This document shows positions 1 through 9,521 of a stretch of 46,267 nt of DNA, piece after piece. The position numbers were made by a program, and so were the translations under genes. Numbering within the stretch: the stretch's first letter is position 1; each line of letters begins with the position of its first letter. Source of the stretch: Candidatus Microgenomates bacterium (GTDB lineage Bacteria; Patescibacteriota; Microgenomatia; UBA8517); assembly GCA_016784385.1 (NCBI GenBank), contig JADHUT010000005.1:1-46267 (forward strand), read 5' to 3'. The notes beneath the pieces were generated by a model. The model ran no database searches and was not told the DNA's origin. It saw nothing but the letters and a program-made list of their open reading frames with translations.

Positions 1-2
1 AG

Positions 3-356
3 GTTCTTAAAGAGATTGGTAAACTTTCAAAGACTAACAAGAAGTATTACCAAGACAGTATTGATGTGTATAAACTTTCTCAAAATGCACATGAGACTTA
101 CAGAAAAGCAAACAAAGACAGCAAGAGAAACTTGTTAAAACTTGCATTTGGTGAACTTCTGTTAGATGAAGGAAAACTTCAGTACTCGTACTCTAAAACA
201 TTTGAGTTACTTCAAAAAGCTGTAAGCACAACCAATAGTTCGAAAATACCAGAAAATGAGTTTATGAAGTTAAAAATTTTCGAACAACCCAAAAAGGCCG
301 AAAACGTGGGAGTAACTCAAGGATTTTATCCTCAGAGTTACCTTGTGCGGGAGTGA
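3..356 (+). CDS. C-terminal part of a probable large serine recombinase (5'-truncated by the window edge)
   Basis: The frame is open from base 3 (VLKEIGKLSKTNKKYYQDSIDVYKLSQNAHETYRKANKDSKRNLLKLAFGELLLDEGKL...). The KRxLLxLxFxxLxL tail resembles the end of tRNA-associated serine recombinases, and the stop lies inside the antisense 3' end of tRNA-Asp. The catalytic domain is not visible. Confidence 0.55.
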   Translation, partial: VLKEIGKLSKTNKKYYQDSIDVYKLSQNAHETYRKANKDSKRNLLKLAFGELLLDEGKLQYSYSKTFELLQKAVSTTNSSKIPENEFMKLKIFEQPKKAENVGVTQGFYPQSYLVRE

Positions 357-613
357 CGAGACTCGAACTCGCAACCTCTTCCGTGCAACTTATCCTTCTG
401 TTACCAAAAGGGCTGGACTATCTCATCAACCTAATAAGGTTGCCAGGTATATAGTCTCTACACATTTACGAAATTTAAAAAAATTTCGATTTAGCTCGGG
501 ATTGCCCTTAAAAAAGGGTTTCCCCGAATTAGCCTGGTTTTTCCTCATAACATTACTGTCATGGGCTGCCATATTTGACAGGGAAGCACTCTAACCAATT
601 GAGCTACACCCCC
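348..613 (-). tRNA. tRNA-Asp(GUC), intron-containing; exons 613-578 and 385-348
   Basis: Joined exons give GGGGGTGTAGCTCAATTGGTTAGAGTGCTTCCCTGT^CACGGAAGAGGTTGCGAGTTCGAGTCTCGTCACTCCCG: a 74-nt cloverleaf with anticodon arm CTTCC-CTGTCAC-GGAAG and discriminator G73. No encoded CCA. Confidence 0.95.
386..577 (-). ncRNA. Group I self-splicing intron, 192 nt, no ORF, inserted at anticodon position 35/36
   Basis: P1 CUGU^CA/UGGCAG with a U.G pair at the splice site; P2 CAUGACA-GUAA-UGUUAUG; P3 CCAGG/CCUGG; P4 UUCGGG/CCCGAG; P7 GAGACUA/UAGUCC; P8 CAACCU/AGGUUG; P9 CCUUUUG-GUAA-CAGAAGG; terminal omega-G at 386. Confidence 0.93.
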
Positions 614-694
614 ACGCATTTTTAGTATTTCAAACTACGTTGAATAATTTGCATCAAACAAATAGTCAACCTACAATAGATTATATAACAAATC

Positions 695-2419
695 ATGCTT
701 ACTTCCAAGAACATGACAAACAGGCAAATTGCAGAACTTTTGATTGACGTTGCAGCTGCACATCAACTTGTAGATCCTAAAACATATAAATTTCAAATAA
801 TTGCATATAACCGTGCAGCAAGCTCAGTAGAACATGCCACAAGTGAACTTAAAGACCTTTGGGATGACGGAAAATTAGATAGTGTCCCTGGCATAGGAAA
901 ATCGATTGCAGGCCATTTGAGTGAAATATTTAGTACTGGAAAGTCACGCCATTTCGAACAAATTTCAAAAGGAATTCCTGTGGAAGTCTTTAAACTAATG
1001 GAGTTGCCCGGTATTGGAATTAAAACTGCGATTAAAATGGTCAAAGAAGAATCAAAGACTGAGATAAAAAAGAAACTAGATGAAGTGAATAAGATCCGAA
1101 ATAAAAACAAAAGACATTTATTACCATACGCCCAGAAAATTGCCTCTGAGCTCACCAAGTGGCTTTTAGACGACCTAAACTGCAAAAATGTACAAGTATT
1201 GGGGTCACTGCGTAGAAAAGTTGCCACAATTGGAGATATTGATATTGCGGTAGCTACAAATAACCCAGTAAAAACCATAGAACATTTTGTTAATTTTCCA
1301 AAGTTGCAAAAAATAATTGAAAAGGGTGATAAAACTGCCTCAATCCTGGTTCCCGGGGGAGTTTCTGTAGATCTATTAGTTAGCAGTGTAGATAGCTTTG
1401 GCTCAGCCCTACAGCACTTCACAGGCAGTAAATTCCACAATATTGCTCTTCGTGAATATGCCAACAAACTTGGATATTCGCTGTCTGAATATGGAATAAA
1501 AAAGAAAAAATCAAAAAAGGAAACATCCGCCTCCACTGTAAACAAATTTCGCGACGAGAAGTCCTTTTACAACTTTTTAAAGCTTGACTATATTGAACCG
1601 GAAATCAGGGAAGGGACAGATGAAATTAAAGCGTCCATGAATCACACTTTGCCAAAATTAGTTGAAGTAGGGGACTTAAAAGGGGATTTACATATTCATT
1701 CAAATTATGACATCGAAACAAGCCATGACCTAGGACTTTCCTCCATGAAAGATCTTGTGAAAAAAGCAAATGAGCTTAAATACGAATACTTGGCAATGTC
1801 AGAACACAATCCAAGTAAGTCAAAGCATACTGAAGCCCAAATTGTGGATATTCTAAAAAGAAAGCGTGAAAAGGTAGAACAATTAAATTACTCATTATCT
1901 AAAACAAAAAATAATAGCGTAAAAAAAGTGTTCAATAGCCTCGAAATTGACATAATGCCAGATGGGTTATTACCGGTTTCCGGTGTTGGACTGCAAACTC
2001 TTGATTTTGCAATTGTTTCAGTACACTCCAGTTTTAGACTAAAAAGAAATGAAATGACCAAAAGAGTACTTAGTGCACTCGCCCACCCCAAGGTATTAAT
2101 TTTTGCCCACCCTGTGGCTCGAAAAATTAACCAACGAGAAGGAATTGATCTTAACTGGGAGCAAATTTTTGAATTTTGCGTGAAAAATAATAAGATACTA
2201 GAAATTAATTCAAGTCCTGCAAGGCTTGATCTACCTGATTTACTAGTGAGAGATGCAGTTAACGCTGGAGTTAAAATGTCTATAAATACAGATTCCCACC
2301 ATTTAGACCACATGGATGGTATTGGTAATGGAGTTTCAGTAGCCAGAAGGGGTTGGTGTGAAAAAAAAGACATAATAAATACAATGAGTCTTGAAAAATT
2401 CAAAGAAGTGATACAATAA
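695..2419 (+). CDS. polX: DNA polymerase X with C-terminal PHP domain (start may be ATG 713)
   Basis: HhH motifs (VPGIG, LPGIG); GSLRR...GDIDI catalytic motif; FTGS and SEYG; PHP residues DLHIHS, AHP, NTDSH. Confidence 0.92.
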   Translation: MLTSKNMTNRQIAELLIDVAAAHQLVDPKTYKFQIIAYNRAASSVEHATSELKDLWDDGKLDSVPGIGKSIAGHLSEIFSTGKSRHFEQISKGIPVEVFKLMELPGIGIKTAIKMVKEESKTEIKKKLDEVNKIRNKNKRHLLPYAQKIASELTKWLLDDLNCKNVQVLGSLRRKVATIGDIDIAVATNNPVKTIEHFVNFPKLQKIIEKGDKTASILVPGGVSVDLLVSSVDSFGSALQHFTGSKFHNIALREYANKLGYSLSEYGIKKKKSKKETSASTVNKFRDEKSFYNFLKLDYIEPEIREGTDEIKASMNHTLPKLVEVGDLKGDLHIHSNYDIETSHDLGLSSMKDLVKKANELKYEYLAMSEHNPSKSKHTEAQIVDILKRKREKVEQLNYSLSKTKNNSVKKVFNSLEIDIMPDGLLPVSGVGLQTLDFAIVSVHSSFRLKRNEMTKRVLSALAHPKVLIFAHPVARKINQREGIDLNWEQIFEFCVKNNKILEINSSPARLDLPDLLVRDAVNAGVKMSINTDSHHLDHMDGIGNGVSVARRGWCEKKDIINTMSLEKFKEVIQ

Positions 2420-2456
2420 TTTAAATTCTAATTAATAGAAGGTTGGTGATTATGAA

Positions 2457-3044
2457 ATGAATATAGGAATTGTAATATTGGTAATAGCAGTAGTAATTGC
2501 TGTATGGATAATTGGTGTATATAACTTTTTTGTTTCTAGTAAAGCCAGAATCAAAGCATCTATCCAAGAAATTGGAAATCAGTTGAAAAGACAATCTAAC
2601 TTAATTCCAAACTTAGAAAATTCTGCAAAAGGATTTTTAAAGCATGAAAAAGCAATTTTCACAAAATTAACTGATGCCAGAAAAGCTGTTGACAGAGCAG
2701 TCAATTCTGGAGATGTAACCCAAATGGGTAATGCGGGTTCAAAACTTTCAGAGATACTACCTAAAATTCAGGTACTTGTAGAAAGTAATCCTGAACTAAA
2801 AGGAGACAAGGTGGTAACCAAGCTCATGGATGAGCTTAGGGACACTACAGATAAAGTAATGTATTCAAGAAGACTGCTAATTGATTTGACAGCTGACTAC
2901 AATGTAAAAAGAGTAACTTTTCCAACAAATATAATTGCAAATGCATTTAAATTTGATGAAATGAAAGGATTGGATACTCCACAAACAGGAGAGCATGTGT
3001 CAGTTTCAAAAACTGAAACTAAATCACCGAAAATCAATCTTTGA
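2457..3044 (+). CDS. lemA: LemA family protein
   Basis: N-terminal TM helix, YN...QLKR..LIPNL and E.NPELK motifs; htpX lies nearby. Confidence 0.92.
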   Translation: MNIGIVILVIAVVIAVWIIGVYNFFVSSKARIKASIQEIGNQLKRQSNLIPNLENSAKGFLKHEKAIFTKLTDARKAVDRAVNSGDVTQMGNAGSKLSEILPKIQVLVESNPELKGDKVVTKLMDELRDTTDKVMYSRRLLIDLTADYNVKRVTFPTNIIANAFKFDEMKGLDTPQTGEHVSVSKTETKSPKINL

Positions 3045-3099
3045 GAACTTTGGTTATTTATCTAATTTGTGATTAATTTGATATGATTGTTGATCTTCT

Positions 3100-4305
3100 A
3101 TGAATAAATCAAGAGTAGTAGCACTGAAGGCCAATAAAAGGATTTTATTTTGGACTAAATTACTAGTAGAAATAAAAGCTCTCAACGCCATAATTACACT
3201 TTTCTATATACAAAGAGGAATAAGTGTAGGTGAAGTATTGTATTTGAGCGTGATTTGGTCAGTAACAGCATTGCTTCTGGAGATACCTTCCGGATATTTT
3301 GCAGACCTGTTTGGGAGAAAAAAGACAATAATATTAGGTGTGCTTTTACACTCTTTGAGCATCTCTCTGATGTTTGTTTCTTTTAGTTTCCCCATGTTTG
3401 CATTGTCTATAGCACTAGCTTCCGCTGGTTATGCTTGTTTTACTGGTACAGATTCTGCTCTTTTGTACGACAGTTTGAAGGAAATTGGAGATGAGAAGTC
3501 TTCATTGAGAGTGTCGGGTAAATATTATTCGGCTTCAAGATTTTCAAAAATATTTATACCGCTTTTGGGTGCAATTTTAGCTAAAAATCTATTTGCCTGG
3601 CAGTTTAATGTATTAATCTCTATAGAACTGATAGGTGCGTTGATTTCGCTAATTCTTGCAAACAAACTAACAGAGCCAAATAAGCACATGGATGTATCTG
3701 AAAAAGAAGAAGGTATGTTTAAGGATAGTTTTAAATTATTTAAAGAAAACAAATTGGTTAGAAAATTTGCATTAAATAAATCATTTGTGTTCATAGGAAT
3801 ATTGATAATTTGGAGAATATACCAACCACACTTGAAAAGTGTTGGGGCAAGCATTATTGTACTGGGAGTCATTTATGCAATTTTTCAGCTTCTAGCTTTT
3901 TTGTCACTGTGGTTGTCTGACAAAATTCAAAAAAGAATAACAGGATATTCTTTTTTTAGCTTACCTGTTTTTATGGGGATAATTTCTATTTTTGTATTTA
4001 TGTTCTCTCAAAATATCTGGTTTTTATCTGTGGCCACAATCTTGTTAATGATTTTAGGAACTGTTCGCGACCCACTTTTTTTTCAACAGATAAACTTGCA
4101 TGTAAAATCATTCAATAGGGCTACAACAATGTCGGTTTTGAATGTTATTAAAAGCATATTTGATATTCCTATTTTGTTGTTGGTTGGATACCTGGCAGAC
4201 ATTGACTTCAAATACGTTTACTTAATGGTTTTAAGTCTCTTTGTATATTCTTTGTTTTTTTTACGCATAGAGAAAAAAGATATACAATTAGTTGACACAA
4301 AATAA
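3100..4305 (+). CDS. MFS transporter
   Basis: About 12 hydrophobic segments; EIPSGYFADLFGRKK (motif A); GTDSALLYDSL. Confidence 0.9.
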   Translation: MNKSRVVALKANKRILFWTKLLVEIKALNAIITLFYIQRGISVGEVLYLSVIWSVTALLLEIPSGYFADLFGRKKTIILGVLLHSLSISLMFVSFSFPMFALSIALASAGYACFTGTDSALLYDSLKEIGDEKSSLRVSGKYYSASRFSKIFIPLLGAILAKNLFAWQFNVLISIELIGALISLILANKLTEPNKHMDVSEKEEGMFKDSFKLFKENKLVRKFALNKSFVFIGILIIWRIYQPHLKSVGASIIVLGVIYAIFQLLAFLSLWLSDKIQKRITGYSFFSLPVFMGIISIFVFMFSQNIWFLSVATILLMILGTVRDPLFFQQINLHVKSFNRATTMSVLNVIKSIFDIPILLLVGYLADIDFKYVYLMVLSLFVYSLFFLRIEKKDIQLVDTK

Positions 4306-4306
4306 A

Positions 4307-5260
4307 ATGAAAAATATTTACGAAGTACAAAAGTCAAATAAAATTAAATCCACAATTGTCGTGGTGTTTTTTGCGCTGTTTGTAGCACTGGCTGTGTATG
4401 TAATCTCTCAGGCTTTTGGGATATATCTTGGATATGAACCAGGAGGACTTGGATTTGTAGGAATTGCTTTGATTATTTCAGGAGTTTCAACCTATGTCAG
4501 CTATTATTTTTCAGATCGCATAGTCCTTGGTATCTCTGGTGCAAGAAAAGCAAATACACAAGAAGACAGACTTTTTACTTCTGTTGTGGAAAATATTTGT
4601 CTTGGAGCTGGTATTCCAAGACCAAAACTGTATGTAATTGAAGACACTGCTCCAAATGCATTTGCAACAGGCAGAGACCCTAAAAACGCAGTAGTTTGTG
4701 CCACAACAGGACTTCTTACAAAACTCACCCGTACCGAACTTGAAGCTGTAATGGCCCATGAGATAAGCCATATAAGAAATTATGATATAAGACTCATGTC
4801 TGTAGTTTCTGTGATGGTAGGCCTAGTTGCTCTATTGGCCGACTTTTTTCTAAGAGCCAGATTTTTTGGCAACCACATGGAATCTGGTGGAGGAAAAAGA
4901 AGTAGTAGTAGTAAAGACAATCAACTGGGTACAATTATTATGATAGTAGGAATTCTTTTTGCGCTTCTTTCTCCACTGGTTGCTAAATTAATTCAACTTT
5001 CAATATCAAGGAGGCGAGAATTTATGGCAGATGCAGGATCTGTGAGTATCACAAGACAACCTTCTGCAATGATTTCAGCTTTAAAAAAGATTTCAAGTGA
5101 CACAGAAGCCTTGGAAGCTGCAAACAAGGCAACTGCACATTTGTATATAATCAATCCATTCAAACAAAAAACTGGAAGAGCCGCAGAAAAGTTTTCTTCA
5201 TTATTCAACACCCACCCGTTAATTGCCGATCGAATCTCAACCCTTCAAAAAATGATGTGA
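4307..5260 (+). CDS. htpX: Zinc metalloprotease HtpX (M48)
   Basis: PNAFATG, HEISH, SRRREFMADAG and THP motifs. ATG 4307 is preferred over TTG 4292. Confidence 0.93.
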   Translation: MKNIYEVQKSNKIKSTIVVVFFALFVALAVYVISQAFGIYLGYEPGGLGFVGIALIISGVSTYVSYYFSDRIVLGISGARKANTQEDRLFTSVVENICLGAGIPRPKLYVIEDTAPNAFATGRDPKNAVVCATTGLLTKLTRTELEAVMAHEISHIRNYDIRLMSVVSVMVGLVALLADFFLRARFFGNHMESGGGKRSSSSKDNQLGTIIMIVGILFALLSPLVAKLIQLSISRRREFMADAGSVSITRQPSAMISALKKISSDTEALEAANKATAHLYIINPFKQKTGRAAEKFSSLFNTHPLIADRISTLQKMM

Positions 5261-5320
5261 ATAGAATATTATAATTATGTATATAGAAATAAGTTACCTA
5301 TACCCAGATCGAAGGATATC

Positions 5321-5677
5321 TTGCCAAAAACCATCTATTTATCACCAAACAATAGAATAACCAGAGTTTTTAGAAAAAATGATACAGGAGACATAAGTGT
5401 GATAGTTTGTGTCTCTCTCGATTGTTTTATTAATGAAAATTGGCATACAATTATTTATTATGATAGTGTGCATGGTGAATTACACAGGCATGAAAAATTC
5501 TCTCTGGACGGTAAAACAGAAACAATTACTACTTTTGGCATTGAACAAAAAGGTTCACAAGAGATGCTAATGAGATGGGCTATCAGAGATATTTCTGACA
5601 AGCATACTTCTTATAAACGAAGATTTTTGAAAAATATTGGGTGTAATAAAGTGGAAGTTTTGTATAATTTGTATTAG
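5321..5677 (+). CDS. Hypothetical protein with YD-x2-HG-x2-H-x-H motif; possible toxin-like first gene of a two-gene module; start uncertain
   Basis: WHTIIYYDSVHGELHRH motif; 118 aa; followed by an 85-aa partner gene. Confidence 0.55.
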   Translation: MPKTIYLSPNNRITRVFRKNDTGDISVIVCVSLDCFINENWHTIIYYDSVHGELHRHEKFSLDGKTETITTFGIEQKGSQEMLMRWAIRDISDKHTSYKRRFLKNIGCNKVEVLYNLY

Positions 5678-5697
5678 CGTGATAATATTTACTTAAT

Positions 5698-5955
5698 ATG
5701 TCAAAGAAAGATCAATTCGATAAAAACATTAAACTACAGCATAAGCTGGGTGACTACATAGCCAAGAATCCAGTCTTACTTAAAAAGTATGGAGAAAGTT
5801 CTTATGTAATGTTTGTTGAAGGAGATAAAAAATTAAATAAGATAAACCTAGAGCTTGTTGAGAGTCTAAAAAATAGAGATAAAAACAAAAGTGTAATCAT
5901 GGCTACATTAACAAAGAATAAAACCAACCCTTGGAAGTTCCAATTTGCCAGTTAA
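5698..5955 (+). CDS. Small protein resembling the DUF5647 family
   Basis: KNI.L...L.DYI..NP..L...D..LN..N pattern recognised by eye; ATG start. Confidence 0.55.
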   Translation: MSKKDQFDKNIKLQHKLGDYIAKNPVLLKKYGESSYVMFVEGDKKLNKINLELVESLKNRDKNKSVIMATLTKNKTNPWKFQFAS

Positions 5956-6009
5956 CAAACATAGCTATATGTTCTTCAAAAATGCACGCGAGTAAGATAT
6001 GATAGGTGC

Positions 6010-6294
6010 ATGATCAAAAAATTGGCGAGTCTTGCAAATCTAAAAGTTAAAAAGAAAGAAGAAGAATACTTTAAAAAACAGTTTGAAGAAACATTAAAAA
6101 TAGTAGAAAAATTTGATAGTCTGGATACTTCCGGTGTTGATGAAACATACATAGTAACTGGAACTAAAAATGTTCTCCGTGAAGACAAAATAGATCCACT
6201 AAACATGTTGACGCAAGACCAAGCCCTTTCTGGTTCCAAAAACACACATAATGGTTATTTTGTAGTTGATGGTGTTTTAAATAATGATTTATAA
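6010..6294 (+). CDS. gatC: Asp/Glu-tRNA amidotransferase subunit C
   Basis: KLASLANL, NVLRED and GYFVV motifs; precedes gatA and gatB. Confidence 0.92.
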   Translation: MIKKLASLANLKVKKKEEEYFKKQFEETLKIVEKFDSLDTSGVDETYIVTGTKNVLREDKIDPLNMLTQDQALSGSKNTHNGYFVVDGVLNNDL

Positions 6295-6308
6295 AAAATA
6301 ACAATATA

Positions 6309-7553
6309 ATGATAGACAAAAAACTAAGCAAAAAACTAAATGTTTTTTTGACAATAGTCGACAAACCTAAAAAAGGGATACCTATTGCCATTAAAGATAA
6401 CTATTTAACAGAGGGAATTAGGACAACTGCAGCAAGCTTTGTTTTAGACGACTATATTCCACAATACAGCGCAACTGTAGTTAAAAAACTTGAACAAAAT
6501 GGATATTGTGTGGTTGGTAAAACCAATCTCGACGCATGGTGTCATGGTAGTTCGACTGAAACTTCAGATTATGGCCCAACACTAAACCCCCATAACACAA
6601 AACACCTGGCAGGTGGCTCATCTGGCGGGTCTGCGGCTGCAGTCGCGTCTGGAATGGTTGACTTTGCAATGGGATCTGAGACTGCTGGTTCTGTAAGAGG
6701 TCCTGCAAGCTGGTGCGGGGTTGTTGGTCTTAAACCTACATATGGAAGAGTTAGTAGGTATGGAGTAATTGCGATGGGTTCTTCTCTGGATTCTCCCGGA
6801 CCTATAACCAAAGACGTAACAGGAGCTGCAAAACTACTTAAAATAATTGCGGGAAAAGATGAATTTGATGCCACAACTTCTGGCAACTTGGTTGATGATT
6901 ATGAATTGGCCTTAACGGGAGATATTAAAGGCCTTAAGGTGGGTCTAGTTGAAAATTATATGCTTTCTGAAATGGATAGTGAAATTGTTAAAAAAACTCT
7001 TAAAGCGGTTGGCTTACTTGAAAAACTAGGAGCTAAGATCACCAAAGTTAAAACCTTGGATCCCACGCACGCAATTGGTGTTTATACAGTGGTTCAGAGA
7101 TCTGAAGTATCATCTAACTTGGCCCGTTTTGACGGTGTGAGATATGGATTTGGAAGAGATAAATTTGGAGAAGAAGCCAAGCGTCGAATAATGCTTGGAA
7201 CACACATACTTTCATCTGGATACCAAGATAGATATTATAAAAAAGCACAAAAAATTAGAACTTTGTTTATTAATGATTTCAATGAACTCTTTAGCGAATT
7301 TGATTGTTTGGTAGGGCCTACTATGCCGTCAACAGCTCCAAAAATTGGAGTTACAAAAAATGCTGCTATGTATGGTGAACTTGCAGACATATTGGCCGAA
7401 CCATCATCCATAGCTGGTCTTCCTGCGATTACTGTTCCTTGTGGAATGGTTAAAGGACTTCCAATTGGACTGCAAATTATCGGCAAACAATTTGAAGAAG
7501 GTAAAATTCTAAATACTGCCTTTGCTTATGAACAAAACAAGAAAGATGATTAA
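6309..7553 (+). CDS. gatA: Asp/Glu-tRNA amidotransferase subunit A (compact form)
   Basis: Amidase signature IAIKD, GGSSGGS, SETAGSVR, GLKPTYGRVSRYG; SSNLARFDGVRYG; RRIMLG. Confidence 0.95.
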   Translation: MIDKKLSKKLNVFLTIVDKPKKGIPIAIKDNYLTEGIRTTAASFVLDDYIPQYSATVVKKLEQNGYCVVGKTNLDAWCHGSSTETSDYGPTLNPHNTKHLAGGSSGGSAAAVASGMVDFAMGSETAGSVRGPASWCGVVGLKPTYGRVSRYGVIAMGSSLDSPGPITKDVTGAAKLLKIIAGKDEFDATTSGNLVDDYELALTGDIKGLKVGLVENYMLSEMDSEIVKKTLKAVGLLEKLGAKITKVKTLDPTHAIGVYTVVQRSEVSSNLARFDGVRYGFGRDKFGEEAKRRIMLGTHILSSGYQDRYYKKAQKIRTLFINDFNELFSEFDCLVGPTMPSTAPKIGVTKNAAMYGELADILAEPSSIAGLPAITVPCGMVKGLPIGLQIIGKQFEEGKILNTAFAYEQNKKDD

Positions 7554-8931
7554 AAACCAAAAAAAATACACACCAGTTATTGGGCTTGAAGTTCATATAG
7601 AACTATCAACTAAATCAAAAATGTTTTGCGGTTGCCCTGCTGATCACTTTGGTAAAAAACCAAATACTCAAACTTGCCCGGTTTGCTTGGGGCTTCCTGG
7701 AGCTTTGCCTGTACCAAATGAACTTGCTATACAAAACTGCGTTAAATTAGGACTTGCCTTAGACTGCAAAATCAACAAATGGAGTAATTTTGACAGAAAA
7801 CACTATTTCTATCCAGATCTTCCTAAGGGCTACCAAATAAGCCAGTATGAAGATCCATTTTGTTATGAAGGGCAATATTTGTTACCAAGCAATACCGACG
7901 GTAGAGACACAGAAAAAAGAATAGGGATAACAAGAGTTCATATGGAAGAGGATACTGCCAAATTGCAACACACCACACTGAATAACCCGTCTGGCGGTGA
8001 AAGCAAAAAAGTATCTTTGGTCGATTTTAATAGAAGCGGTGTTGCTTTAGTAGAACTTGTAACTGAGCCAGACTTTGAGCAAATTGAAGATGTATTAATT
8101 TTCGGAAAAGAACTTCAAACCATTGCTAGATACCTGGGTATTTCTGAAGCTGACATGGAAAAGGGTTCAATGAGACTGGAAGCAAACATCTCGCTTCGAG
8201 AAGAGTCCAGTGACAAAAAAACTCTTCCAAACTACAAAGTAGAACTTAAAAACATTAACTCATACCGCTTTCTAAAAAAAGCAATGCAATATGAGCTGGA
8301 AAGGCAAACCAAACTACTTTTGAAAGGTGAGGTTCCTAGTCAAGAAACAAGAGGTTGGGATGAAGCAAAATCAGTTACTTTTTCCCAAAGATCAAAAGAA
8401 ACTGCAAAAGATTACAGATATTTTCCAGATCCTGATATTCCACCAATTGAATTAACTGACGATCAAATCAAAAAAATTAAATCGCAAATTCCAGAATTAC
8501 CATCCCAAAAGGCCAAGAGGTATAAAAAAGAATTTGATTTTCCTAAAAACTACATAGAGATATTGGTCCAAGATAAACAAAAGTCCCAATACTTTGAAAC
8601 AGCCGCAGCGCTTAAACCGGAACTTGCAAAGCAAATTGCCAGCCTTATGGTTAACAAAAATTTGGACAAAGACTATCCAGAACCAGCAGGATTAATCAAA
8701 AAAATTGTGCAGTTAACAAAAGTTGATTATTCATCCACGGATGACACAACTAGTGCAATTGAAGAAGTAATCAAAAATAATCCTGATGTAGTCAAAAAAT
8801 ATGATGAAGGACAAGGATCAGTAGTTGGATATCTCATAGGCCAAACTCAAAAACTACTCAAAGGAAAAGGTGATCCGAAGAAAATTAGTGACATGTTAAT
8901 AAAAAAACTACAAAAATGGGGCGGAAAATAA
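7546..8931 (+). CDS. gatB: Asp/Glu-tRNA amidotransferase subunit B
   Basis: IGLEVH, CPVCLGLPG, RKHYFYPDLPKGYQISQ, ELKNINS, YRYFPDPD. ATG 7546 overlaps the end of gatA. Confidence 0.96.
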   Translation: MIKNQKKYTPVIGLEVHIELSTKSKMFCGCPADHFGKKPNTQTCPVCLGLPGALPVPNELAIQNCVKLGLALDCKINKWSNFDRKHYFYPDLPKGYQISQYEDPFCYEGQYLLPSNTDGRDTEKRIGITRVHMEEDTAKLQHTTLNNPSGGESKKVSLVDFNRSGVALVELVTEPDFEQIEDVLIFGKELQTIARYLGISEADMEKGSMRLEANISLREESSDKKTLPNYKVELKNINSYRFLKKAMQYELERQTKLLLKGEVPSQETRGWDEAKSVTFSQRSKETAKDYRYFPDPDIPPIELTDDQIKKIKSQIPELPSQKAKRYKKEFDFPKNYIEILVQDKQKSQYFETAAALKPELAKQIASLMVNKNLDKDYPEPAGLIKKIVQLTKVDYSSTDDTTSAIEEVIKNNPDVVKKYDEGQGSVVGYLIGQTQKLLKGKGDPKKISDMLIKKLQKWGGK

Positions 8932-9515
8932 TGGATACATTCGTGTCTAATGAGACTAGCGCTGGCAATAAGTATAGAGGTTTGCCTAGTAAACGTGCCT
9001 TGATGCTTAATAATCGAGAATTAAAAGAAAAATTAGCAAAAGATAGTGTTATGAAGGTCTCCTCAAGGCACGAACTAGAAAAACAGTTTAAGTCAATTGA
9101 AGTAAGCAAGGAACCTGCGGGGCTTTTATTTATAGACATAGACAACTTTAAAGAAGTTAACGATGAGTTTGGACACGGCGTTGGAGACAAAGTGTTGGAA
9201 CTTGTTGGAGAACGTATAATAAATCAAGTTTCAAAAGATATTTTAGTGGGTAGATGGGGAGGAGATGAAATCTTAGTTGTTTTTCCAAAACTTGAAGATG
9301 CATTAGTATTAGAAGAGAGAGCAAATGAGATAAGGAATACGATTAAAAGTAAACCTTTTAAGATGGGAGATGCTGTATTGTTGTCAAGGACGCTGAGTAT
9401 TGGTGCGGCCATAAAAGAAGCAGGAGAAACCACAAAAGATTGGTTAAAAAGAGCGGATGCTTCATTGTATGAAGCAAAAGAGACTGGACGAGACAAGGTT
9501 GTCATGGCAAAATAA
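8931..9515 (+). CDS. Stand-alone GGDEF-domain (diguanylate cyclase-like) protein
   Basis: DIDNFKEVNDEFGHGVGD, RWGGDEI and ADASLYEAKETGRD motifs. TAATG coupling to the gatB stop at 8929-8933; ATG 8916 is an alternative start. Confidence 0.9.
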   Translation: MDTFVSNETSAGNKYRGLPSKRALMLNNRELKEKLAKDSVMKVSSRHELEKQFKSIEVSKEPAGLLFIDIDNFKEVNDEFGHGVGDKVLELVGERIINQVSKDILVGRWGGDEILVVFPKLEDALVLEERANEIRNTIKSKPFKMGDAVLLSRTLSIGAAIKEAGETTKDWLKRADASLYEAKETGRDKVVMAK

Positions 9516-9521
9516 CCATTG

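Noticed and set aside
343-594. 83-aa ORF in the track
   Set aside because: It is the antisense of the split tRNA-Asp and its intron; it is not a homing endonuclease (wrong strand, no motifs).
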